In this document: positions 48,560 to 56,308 of the stretch, piece after piece
How positions within the stretch are numbered: position 1 is the first letter of the stretch
How the letters are laid out: each line of letters opens with the position of its first letter
Source of the DNA: Gammaproteobacteria bacterium
Lineage (GTDB): Bacteria; Pseudomonadota; Gammaproteobacteria; Eutrophobiales; Eutrophobiaceae
Reading direction: 5' to 3'
DNA: 64,000 nt
Assembly (NCBI GenBank): GCA_965215365.1
Contig: CBDCDS010000003.1
Location: 2,304,001-2,368,000 of the forward strand
The notes under the pieces: model-generated
The model's input: only the letters and a program-made list of their open reading frames with translations
The model's database searches: none
What the model was told of the DNA's origin: nothing
Position numbers and translations under genes: made by a program

Positions 48560-49229
48560 CGCCGGCCAGTTCTACTGGGTTGCGGACAACGTCATTGCCG
48601 CGGATTTCCCGGAGGTCTCCTCGGCGTTGCGTAACCCGGACGGGTTGCTGGCAATCGGCGGCAATCTGGCAGCGGCCACGCTGTTGAATGCCTACCGGCG
48701 CGGTATTTTTCCCTGGTATAGTGAAGGACAGCCGCTACTGTGGTGGTCGCCGGACCCGCGCTGCGTACTGGAGCCGGAGCAGCTCCACATCAACCGCAGC
48801 CTGGCCCGGACGCTGAAACGCAATATCTTCAAGGTTTCCTTCAATCAGGCCTTTGCCGATGTGGTGCGCGGCTGCTCAGCCCCGCGCGGCGACGATACCG
48901 GCAGCTGGATAACCACCGCCATGGCCGCGGCCTACCTCAAGCTGCATCACCTGGGTCATGCGCTGTCCTGCGAATGCTGGCACGAAGGCGAGCTGGCGGG
49001 CGGACTCTACGGCGTGGTCATCGGCAAGGTATTTTTCGGCGAGTCCATGTTCAGCCGCAAGCCCGACGCCTCCAAGGTGGCGCTGGTGCGTCTGGCACAG
49101 CTGCTGCGCCAACGCCACTTCCGCCTGATCGACTGCCAGATACATTCCCCACACCTAGAACGCCTGGGCGCAAAGTCCATGCCACGCGACGACTTTGTGG
49201 GCATCCTCAAACACTATTGTTCCCGCTGA
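48546..49229 (+). CDS. aat: Leucyl/phenylalanyl-tRNA--protein transferase
   Basis: PDGLLAIGG, AYRRGIFPW, WWSPDPR, FFGESMFS, DASKVAL. Confidence 0.95.
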   Translation: MEVFNAGQFYWVADNVIAADFPEVSSALRNPDGLLAIGGNLAAATLLNAYRRGIFPWYSEGQPLLWWSPDPRCVLEPEQLHINRSLARTLKRNIFKVSFNQAFADVVRGCSAPRGDDTGSWITTAMAAAYLKLHHLGHALSCECWHEGELAGGLYGVVIGKVFFGESMFSRKPDASKVALVRLAQLLRQRHFRLIDCQIHSPHLERLGAKSMPRDDFVGILKHYCSR

Positions 49230-49307
49230 CCCCACAGAGGCGCCTCAGACAGGTGGGAATGGCTGCTATTTGTGGTATTGAGCGGATTTTTACGCCATAA
49301 TCCTGCA

Positions 49308-49345
49308 GGAACCTCCAAAAATGCCCTCCGTAGCATTTTTGGGGG
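49308..49345 (+). repeat. Short family B copy
   Basis: GGAACCTCCAAAAATGCCCTCCGTAGCATTTTTGGGG hairpin. Confidence 0.7.
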
Positions 49346-49369
49346 CGTTACTCACAACCGCGAGGAGCC

Positions 49370-49588
49370 ATGCCGAAAGAAGACCAGATAGAAATGGAGG
49401 GGACTATTATCGAAACCCTCCCCAATACCATGTTCAGGGTGGAACTGGATAGCGGGCATATCATCACTGCCCACATTTCCGGGAAAATGCGCAAGAATTA
49501 CATCCGCATCCTCACCGGCGACCGCGTCACCGTAGAAATGACCCCTTACGATTTGTCCAAGGGCCGGATTACCTACCGGAACAGGTAG
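49370..49588 (+). CDS. infA: Translation initiation factor IF-1
   Basis: [34 protein letters not shown]. Confidence 0.98.
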   Translation: MPKEDQIEMEGTIIETLPNTMFRVELDSGHIITAHISGKMRKNYIRILTGDRVTVEMTPYDLSKGRITYRNR

Positions 49589-50313
49589 TTGGCCCGTGCC
49601 ACATCCTCCGGCGTATTAATCTCCAGACCCGGCTCTGCTGCCGCCTGTTCTAGGTGGATGCGGTAGCCGTGGTACAGCGCGCGTAACTGTTCTAAGCGTT
49701 CGCTCAGTTCCAGCGCCGGCGCCGGCAGCCTCGTATAGGTCTCAAGAAAGTCACCGCGGTAGGCGTAGATGCCGATATGCCGGTAGCCGCACGCGGGCGC
49801 CGGCGCGTCGGGCGGGCGCCAGGGGATGGCGGCGCGACTGAACGTCAGGGCATAGCCGCGGGCGTCCGTCACCACTTTTACACAGTTGGGGTTGTGCAGC
49901 TCCTGCGCTGAGCGGAACGGCGCATAGAGGCTGGCCATGGCGGCGTCGGGATGCCGGGCCAGATTGCCGGCGACCTGATCGATCAGCACCGGCGCCAGCC
50001 CAAGCTCATCGCCTTGCACATTGACGATGAGGGTGGCGGCGGGTAATTGCAGGCCGGCGACGGCCTCGGCAATACGCTCGGTACCGGATTGGTGTGAGGT
50101 CGAGGTCATCACCACCCTGGCGTCGAAACCCTGCGCTGCGCGCGCAATGCGCGCATCATCAGTGGCGATAATAACCTCCGCCGCCTTGCTGTTGGCGGCC
50201 GCCTGATAGACATGTTGCAGCAGCGGCCGGCCGTCGAACTCGAGCAACGGCTTGCCCGGCAGCCGTTTGGAGGCATACCTGGCCGGGATGACCACCAGGA
50301 ACCGCGATTTCAC
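49573..50313 (-). CDS. kdsB: CMP-KDO synthetase
   Basis: [37 protein letters not shown]. Confidence 0.96.
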   Translation of the reverse strand: MKSRFLVVIPARYASKRLPGKPLLEFDGRPLLQHVYQAAANSKAAEVIIATDDARIARAAQGFDARVVMTSTSHQSGTERIAEAVAGLQLPAATLIVNVQGDELGLAPVLIDQVAGNLARHPDAAMASLYAPFRSAQELHNPNCVKVVTDARGYALTFSRAAIPWRPPDAPAPACGYRHIGIYAYRGDFLETYTRLPAPALELSERLEQLRALYHGYRIHLEQAAAEPGLEINTPEDVARANYLFR

Positions 50314-50501
50314 TGTCGGTAATGATCCACTTCGGCCTGGCTCAACGGGCGCGCGTCACTCTCCAGCATGACGGGAATATCGTCGCGGATCGGGTAGGCC
50401 AGCCGAGCGCTGACGGAAACCAGTTCCTGTTGCTCCCGAGCGTAGATCAACGGCCCCTTGGTCACCGGGCACACCAGTATTTCCAGCAGGTTCTTATCCA
50501 T
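50310..50501 (-). CDS. ycaR: Trm112-family protein YcaR
   Basis: [26 protein letters not shown]; lpxK-ycaR-kdsB synteny. Confidence 0.92.
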   Translation of the reverse strand: MDKNLLEILVCPVTKGPLIYAREQQELVSVSARLAYPIRDDIPVMLESDARPLSQAEVDHYRQ

Positions 50502-51489
50502 GGTTTATGTTCTCAACCAGTTGCATGAATTTTTTTTCAAATGCCATCGACAAGGTGGCATCTATCGGCACATACCAGGCGTTGTCAAGCCGGAAGCGCC
50601 GGCATTTCACCGCGTCTTTTTCCGTCATCAGTATGGCGGCACCGTCGCCAAATTCAAGTTCAGCGCGCCGGAAACCGTGATGGTCGGGAAACGCGTGCGC
50701 CTCAATATCGATACCGTTACGGCGCAACAGGGTGAAAAACCGCTCGGGGTTGCCGAGCGCCGCCACCGCATGCACCCGCTGCTGCCGAAACCCGCCCAGT
50801 TCCCGGTTGCGACTACCGTCTAAGGACCTCACCGGCAGTTCGGTATATTCCATCAGATACTCACCGGCCGCGGCGCAGCCATTGGCAACGACCAGGTCCA
50901 CCGTATTTAGGCGCGCGCGCGGTTCGCGTAACGGCCCGGCGGGCAGGCAACGGCCATTGCCGAAGCGGCGCGCGCCATCGACGACTACGATTTCCACATC
51001 CCGGGCCAGTGCGCTATGCTGCAAGCCGTCATCACAGAGCAGGATGTCGCAATCCGTCTGCCGCAACAGCGCCTGCGCGGCGCGCACCCGCTTTGGCGCC
51101 ACCACCACCGGGCAGCCGGTACGCTGCGCCAGCAACACCGGCTCATCACCGACCAGGGCCGGGTCGCTGTCTGCCTCGACCCGTAGTGCCGGCGCCGGCG
51201 CCGACACCGCGCCGCCATAACCGCGGCTGACAATACCGGGCCGGTACGACCGGGCTTGCAGGCGCCGGGCCAGCCAGATAACCAACGGGGTCTTGCCGGT
51301 CGCGCCGACCGTCAGGTTGCCTACCACGATCACCGGCACGGCCAGTCTGGTCACCGGCAGGATGCCGCGCGCATACAGCAACCGACGGCATGCCAGCGCC
51401 AGCAGATATAACCCGCTCAACGGTGCCAGCAACAATGCCAGGGGATGCCCTGCATACCACATTCTTTCCAGGCGTAAACGCAGCGACAT
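50494..51489 (-). CDS. lpxK: Tetraacyldisaccharide 4'-kinase
   Basis: [36 protein letters not shown]. Confidence 0.96.
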   Translation of the reverse strand: MSLRLRLERMWYAGHPLALLLAPLSGLYLLALACRRLLYARGILPVTRLAVPVIVVGNLTVGATGKTPLVIWLARRLQARSYRPGIVSRGYGGAVSAPAPALRVEADSDPALVGDEPVLLAQRTGCPVVVAPKRVRAAQALLRQTDCDILLCDDGLQHSALARDVEIVVVDGARRFGNGRCLPAGPLREPRARLNTVDLVVANGCAAAGEYLMEYTELPVRSLDGSRNRELGGFRQQRVHAVAALGNPERFFTLLRRNGIDIEAHAFPDHHGFRRAELEFGDGAAILMTEKDAVKCRRFRLDNAWYVPIDATLSMAFEKKFMQLVENINHG

Positions 51490-51494
51490 AAGGA

Positions 51495-51612
51495 CGCTGC
51501 ACACCCCGCCAGTATGTAAGTTGTTGTTCGTCATACCGGACCGGGAGTGGCCGGTATCCGGTCACAGGAATGTAAACAGGCAGGGGCAGGTAAATTTACA
51601 TAGCAAAACACG
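51495..51612. repeat. Degenerate family B remnant between exbD and lpxK
   Basis: TGCACACCCCG.CAGTATGTAA and AAATTTACATAGCAAAAA also occur at 34495-34541. Confidence 0.65.
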
Positions 51613-51625
51613 GGGCGGCGCTGCC

Positions 51626-52045
51626 TCATTTTTCAGCCTGGATGCTGGTGGCAAATGTGATATTAACCAGACCGGCCTGCCTGGCGGCATCCATGACCTT
51701 GATCACGGCCTGGTGACTGACCGCGGCATCGGCCCGGATCACCACCGGCATAGCGCCCGCCGCGCCGGCCTGTTCCCGTAACGCCGCGCTGATAGCGGCC
51801 ACCCCGGCGCCGGCCAGGGGCTCAGCGCCGATATACACCTGTTCATTAGTATCGATATGCACCAGGATCAGGTCTTCCCGAGCCTGCAGCTGCTGTTCGG
51901 AGGCTTCCGGCAAGACCAGCTTGAGCTCTGACTCCTGTTCGAAGGTAGTGGAAACCATGAAGAAGATCAGCAATAAGAACACCACATCGATAAGTGGCGT
52001 GATATTCACGTCCGTTTCCCGGTAACGCTGCGCACGGAAGTTCAT
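51626..52045 (-). CDS. exbD: ExbD/TolR biopolymer transport protein
   Basis: NITPLIDVVFLLLIFFMV, IRAD. Confidence 0.93.
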   Translation of the reverse strand: MNFRAQRYRETDVNITPLIDVVFLLLIFFMVSTTFEQESELKLVLPEASEQQLQAREDLILVHIDTNEQVYIGAEPLAGAGVAAISAALREQAGAAGAMPVVIRADAAVSHQAVIKVMDAARQAGLVNITFATSIQAEK

Positions 52046-52650
52046 CTTTGCTCCCGGTGCATGACCTCGACCAGTTTTATGGCTTCCTGCTCCATGGTAA
52101 CAACCAGCTCATCGACCCGGCCGCGGAAGTAGCGGTAGAACATCAACGAGGGAATGGCCACGGTCAGGCCCACCGCAGTCGTGATCAAGGCCTCCGAGAT
52201 GCCCTCGGCCAAGACTGCGGGGTCACCCACGCCTTGCGTCGTAATCACCGCAAAAACCTTAATCATGCCGACCACCGTACCCAGCAAACCCAGCAACGGC
52301 GAGATCGAGGCGATAGTGCCCAGAGTATTGAGGTAACGTTCCAGATCATGGGCAACATGACGCCCCACTTCCTCTATGCTCTCCTTCATTATTTCCCGGC
52401 TCTGCTCCATATTGCTGAGACCGGCAGCCAGCACCCGCCCCAGCGGCGAGCTCTTCTTTAACATGTCCAGCCGCTTGGCGTCCAGGGTCTTTTTTTTATG
52501 CCATTCCCAGACAAACCTGACCATGTTCGCGGGGATAATGCGTTTGCGCTGCAACGACCAGAACCGCTCGCAGATAATCGCCAGCGATATCACCGAACAC
52601 AACAACAACGGCCAGATTAAAACCCCGCCTGACTTGACCAGTTCAAGCAT
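52042..52650 (-). CDS. exbB: ExbB/TolQ proton channel
   Basis: LGTIASISPLLGLLGTVVGMI, GISEALITTA. Confidence 0.92.
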   Translation of the reverse strand: MLELVKSGGVLIWPLLLCSVISLAIICERFWSLQRKRIIPANMVRFVWEWHKKKTLDAKRLDMLKKSSPLGRVLAAGLSNMEQSREIMKESIEEVGRHVAHDLERYLNTLGTIASISPLLGLLGTVVGMIKVFAVITTQGVGDPAVLAEGISEALITTAVGLTVAIPSLMFYRYFRGRVDELVVTMEQEAIKLVEVMHREQR

Positions 52651-52755
52651 CCAATTCTCCGGTTTTCATATCAGCAAAGCCATTAGTATAATTGAAACCT
52701 GGTAATGCTAACAAATCCGAAATATCCGGGTTTTATACACAACGACACAAATTCT

Positions 52756-53304
52756 GTGAAATACCTGTTCGTCCTTATCCTGATTGTTTGCTGCTGCCCG
52801 CCGCTGGCGGCTGCACCTTACCACATCGAGATCAGTAAATCCGGGCGCACCCTGTCGCTCCTGCAAGACCGGCAGGTTATCAAACAATACCGTATTGCCC
52901 ACGGTAAAGGCGCGCCAGGCGCCAAAATTCGCGCCGGCGATAACAAAACCCCCATCGGCACGTACCGCGCCGTCAGGTTCAAATCCAACAGTAAATTTCA
53001 TTTTTTCATTCAGTTGGATTATCCTAACCCACTGGATGCTTGGCGCGGTTACCAGAATGAAGTTATTTCTGCGACAGAATTCAAGCAGATTATCCTAGCC
53101 TACAAGAGTAACAGCCTGCCGCCTCAGGATACCGGTCTGGGCGGCTACATCGGCCTGCACGGCATAGGCCCGCTCACGCACGAGAAAAACCGGATACATG
53201 AGGCGCACAACTGGACGGAAGGTTGCGTTGCGGTGACCAACGAGGAGATCATCGAACTCAAAAAATACATTACCCGAGGCGTCAGGGTGATGATAAGGGA
53301 GTAA
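52756..53304 (+). CDS. L,D-transpeptidase (YkuD) family protein
   Basis: GDNKTPIG.Y, LDYPN, IGLHG, WTEGCVA. Confidence 0.88.
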   Translation: MKYLFVLILIVCCCPPLAAAPYHIEISKSGRTLSLLQDRQVIKQYRIAHGKGAPGAKIRAGDNKTPIGTYRAVRFKSNSKFHFFIQLDYPNPLDAWRGYQNEVISATEFKQIILAYKSNSLPPQDTGLGGYIGLHGIGPLTHEKNRIHEAHNWTEGCVAVTNEEIIELKKYITRGVRVMIRE

Positions 53305-53311
53305 CGCAGTA

Positions 53312-54046
53312 ATGAAAAAAGGTGAACATCATTTATTCCTGTTATGGCTGATGTTAGTCAGCCTGGTGGGCTTCGGGCTGTTCCTGGCCCTGCGTGAACA
53401 GCTGTTGTTGCTGCTGTACCAGGGGGACAGCAGCAAACTGTCCTGGGTGATCAGCCTGTTATTCGTCATCATCACCCTTTACTGTGCGCGCCGGGCGTGG
53501 TTCATCTCCCGGGAACTCAACATCTCTAGGCAGATCTATGCGTTGGCGCACCGGCACGAACTTGCTGTCAAAGATGGCGCGGTATATCTGGACGACACGC
53601 AAAAACTGCCGGACTGCCTGCTCGAGCGCTACCTGCTGGACCTGTGCCAGCGGGCGCACACCGGGAATGGGCAGTCCGGCAACAACACGCTCGATACCAG
53701 CAACAAGGAGTTGATCGAGGTATTCGAGGCAAAGCTCAAAAACCCGCATAACCTGGGCTGGTTCTTCAGCGACATCATGATCAAACTTGGCCTGCTCGGC
53801 ACCATCATCGGTTTTGTGCTGATGCTCGGCTCAGTGGTCAACGTCACGGATTTTGACGTGAGTACCATGCAGGGCATCTTACAGGAGATGAGCTCAGGTA
53901 TGGGCACCGCCTTATACACCACGTTTGCCGGTCTGGTCTGCAGCATCCTCACCGCCGCCCAGTTCCACCTGCTCGACCAGGGCGCCGATGAACTCATCGA
54001 CACGACCAAGCGCCTGAGCCAGATTCACGTGCTGCCGAGACTATGA
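53312..54046 (+). CDS. MotA/TolQ/ExbB proton-channel family protein
   Basis: Four TMs; LGLLGTIIGF, GMGTALYTTFAGL. Confidence 0.85.
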   Translation: MKKGEHHLFLLWLMLVSLVGFGLFLALREQLLLLLYQGDSSKLSWVISLLFVIITLYCARRAWFISRELNISRQIYALAHRHELAVKDGAVYLDDTQKLPDCLLERYLLDLCQRAHTGNGQSGNNTLDTSNKELIEVFEAKLKNPHNLGWFFSDIMIKLGLLGTIIGFVLMLGSVVNVTDFDVSTMQGILQEMSSGMGTALYTTFAGLVCSILTAAQFHLLDQGADELIDTTKRLSQIHVLPRL

Positions 54047-54120
54047 CCGCAGCTCTCACCAAGTCGCTTAAATCCGGCGCGATCTTCGCATCACCTGGTG
54101 AGATATGCGGGCTAGCCCGC
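54047..54120. repeat. Two inverted family A ends
   Basis: CCGCAGCTCTCACCAAGTCGCTT ... CCTGGTGAGATATGCGGGCTA. Confidence 0.75.
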
Positions 54121-54131
54121 AGGTCGGCGCC

Positions 54132-54722
54132 ATGAAAAGTTACAGACGTTACCAGTCAGACCCGTTTACGGACTTGTTGTTCAACGCCCTGCTGGGTTTT
54201 ACCTTCCTGTTCCTCGTGGCCATCATGTTTATGAACCCGGAGGCCAAGTCCGGTATTATCGACCCCAAAGCGGAGTACATCCTCACCATCACCTGGGAGG
54301 ACAACAGCCCTGATGACATTGACGTATGGGTGGAGGACCCGGACGGCAGAGTGGTCTGGTTCCGCAACACGGAAGCCGGCCTGCTGCATCTGGACCGTGA
54401 CGATCGCGGGCTGCTTAACGATACCATCGTGGTGAACGGCGAGCCGTTGCAGAACCCGCTGAACCAGGAAGTCATCACTATTCGCGGTGTAGTCCGAGGT
54501 GAGTATGTCGTCAACCTGCATTACTACGCCACAGCAACCGAAAAACCCGTTGACGTGCAGGTGCGCCTGGTAAAAGTCAACCCCACCCTGGAGATCGTGT
54601 ATTACAATACGATTATCTTAGAACAGGTGGGTGTGGAGAAAACCGCGTTCCGCTTCCGTATCAACCTCGACGGTAAGGTCTCAGACATCAGCTTCCTGCC
54701 CAAGCAGCTGGTATCGGTTTGA
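54132..54722 (+). CDS. Single-TM protein with MotB/ExbD-like Asp and a YfaP-like periplasmic domain
   Basis: DPFTDLLFNALLGF TM; W...DDIDVWVEDPDG, LDRDDRG, NQEVITIR, GEYVVNLHYY. Confidence 0.7.
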   Translation: MKSYRRYQSDPFTDLLFNALLGFTFLFLVAIMFMNPEAKSGIIDPKAEYILTITWEDNSPDDIDVWVEDPDGRVVWFRNTEAGLLHLDRDDRGLLNDTIVVNGEPLQNPLNQEVITIRGVVRGEYVVNLHYYATATEKPVDVQVRLVKVNPTLEIVYYNTIILEQVGVEKTAFRFRINLDGKVSDISFLPKQLVSV

Positions 54723-54751
54723 TTAGTCACGAAGAACACAGAGAATAAAAC

Positions 54752-55273
54752 ATGTACGCATTGGGAATGACCGGGCTGCTCGCCGCTTACGTGCTGGTGG
54801 CCCTGCTGCTGCTCAGCATTAACCTGTATTCCAACTGGTCCTGGCAGGTCAAGGCCGGTTCCATCGTGGTGACCACGCTGCTGTACGTGGTGACCTACCT
54901 GTCCTTCCCGCCGCTGCTCGGCTGGCCAAGCGGGGAGCTGCCGCCGCAGCGCTTTCGGCTGGTGGGCGCCGATGTGGTGCAACCGGACAAGATGACCGGC
55001 GCGCAAGGGATGGTGTATCTCTGGGTCAAAGACATCAAGGATCTGTCCGCGCGCACGCCGCCGCGCGCACACAAGTTGCCCTACTCCGCCGACCTGCATG
55101 AGGCGGTGCTGTCGGCAAAATCGAAACTGGACCGAGGCATGGAACAACTGGGCGAGTTGCAATCACCCCTTGACGCCAATGCCCGGGAAGTGGATACGCT
55201 TATCCGTGGCGGCCAGCAAAGCGTGGAGATCGACTTCTACGACATTCCCGATCCACTGATCCCGGACAAGTAA
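54752..55273 (+). CDS. Hypothetical two-TM membrane protein, third gene of the module
   Basis: Two TMs, LLGWPS, VYLWV, PRAHKLPY. Confidence 0.75.
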   Translation: MYALGMTGLLAAYVLVALLLLSINLYSNWSWQVKAGSIVVTTLLYVVTYLSFPPLLGWPSGELPPQRFRLVGADVVQPDKMTGAQGMVYLWVKDIKDLSARTPPRAHKLPYSADLHEAVLSAKSKLDRGMEQLGELQSPLDANAREVDTLIRGGQQSVEIDFYDIPDPLIPDK

Positions 55274-55295
55274 TCGGCTTGGTGAGATATGCGGG

Positions 55296-56138
55296 CTATA
55301 TCCACAACGCCAGCACACCCATGCCGGCGAGGCCGATGACTATCAGGATAAACTTGTAAATACGGTCGCGATCATGTTCCGGCATGGGCATATCGTCGCC
55401 GAGCAGGGAACTGCGCATGAAATGCTTGATACGGTCATCGGAGCGATACATTTCTGCGTCGATGACGTCCAGGATGGCCACATACACAAACGTGCCGGCG
55501 GCCAGCGCATTGAAGCTGCCCTCGATCAATAACGCGGCCGCTCCCTCATACAGCCCTGAGGCCAAGGTGCCCAGCAGGATTCCCACGGGCGTCATCACCG
55601 CGAAGATGGCGAGCACGCGCAACAGTCGGCGGCGCTCGGCGCCGGCCGCCTGCACGCTGATGAGCAGCGCAAACGCGGCCGACCCTTTATGCGACAGAAT
55701 GGCGATCATGACCAGCAGGGACGCCGCCACCTCGGTTTCGATGCCCAACGCAATACCGGCGATGATGGAGTGGATCGACAGCACCACCAGCAACACCAGG
55801 GGATAAATCGGCTGCCGCTCCTCCGGCTTCTCACCCCTTCTTTTAGCATGGCTGGCTTCAAACAGCACCCGGTCTATGAGCAACAGCGCCACCACACCCA
55901 CGGCAGCCAGCAGTGGCGCCAGCGGATAATCGACCACGCCCGCCAGTGCCTCGCCGGCCTCCGGCAGCAGGTGGATAAACCCGGTCCCGAGGAATATGCC
56001 GCCGGCCAAAGCGTTGCCGAGTGACAGCAACCGGCGGCTGGCATGATGGCGCGCCGCCAGCAACGGGATGAGGCCGCCCAGGATGGCAACGACCAGGATC
56101 GCCAGGGCGGCGCTGAGTTTGATTTCCAGTAGTGACAT
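55296..56138 (-). CDS. ZIP-family divalent metal (zinc) transporter
   Basis: GGIFLGTGFIHLLPE, LSIHS, HKG, MTPVG, AGTFVYVA. Confidence 0.9.
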   Translation of the reverse strand: MSLLEIKLSAALAILVVAILGGLIPLLAARHHASRRLLSLGNALAGGIFLGTGFIHLLPEAGEALAGVVDYPLAPLLAAVGVVALLLIDRVLFEASHAKRRGEKPEERQPIYPLVLLVVLSIHSIIAGIALGIETEVAASLLVMIAILSHKGSAAFALLISVQAAGAERRRLLRVLAIFAVMTPVGILLGTLASGLYEGAAALLIEGSFNALAAGTFVYVAILDVIDAEMYRSDDRIKHFMRSSLLGDDMPMPEHDRDRIYKFILIVIGLAGMGVLALWI

Positions 56139-56249
56139 GATGGGGCGCGCTTGCCATGCCAGAATAACACCGGCCTGTGGTAAAAGCTATCAGACTACTC
56201 TGCGCCAGCCGCCGCCGCTACCCTCAGTGGGATAGTTGCGGTCAGGCTA

Positions 56250-56288
56250 CCCTCACCTACCCCCTCTCCCGCAAGGGGAGAGAGGGGG
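56250..56288. repeat. BoxC/REP-like palindrome
   Basis: CCCTCACCTACCCCCTCTCCCGCAAGGGGAGAGAGGGGG. Confidence 0.55.
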
Positions 56289-56308
56289 CAGACTTGCTTG
56301 CAGCGACG

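Noticed and set aside
49573-49588. Convergent overlaps infA/kdsB (and prc/hemW at 13023-13046)
   Set aside because: Short 3' overlaps are common in compact genomes and there is no further signal.
53312-55273. Zorya defence system
   Set aside because: The MotA-like protein has no long tail, the partner has no OmpA domain, and there is no zorC/D/E.
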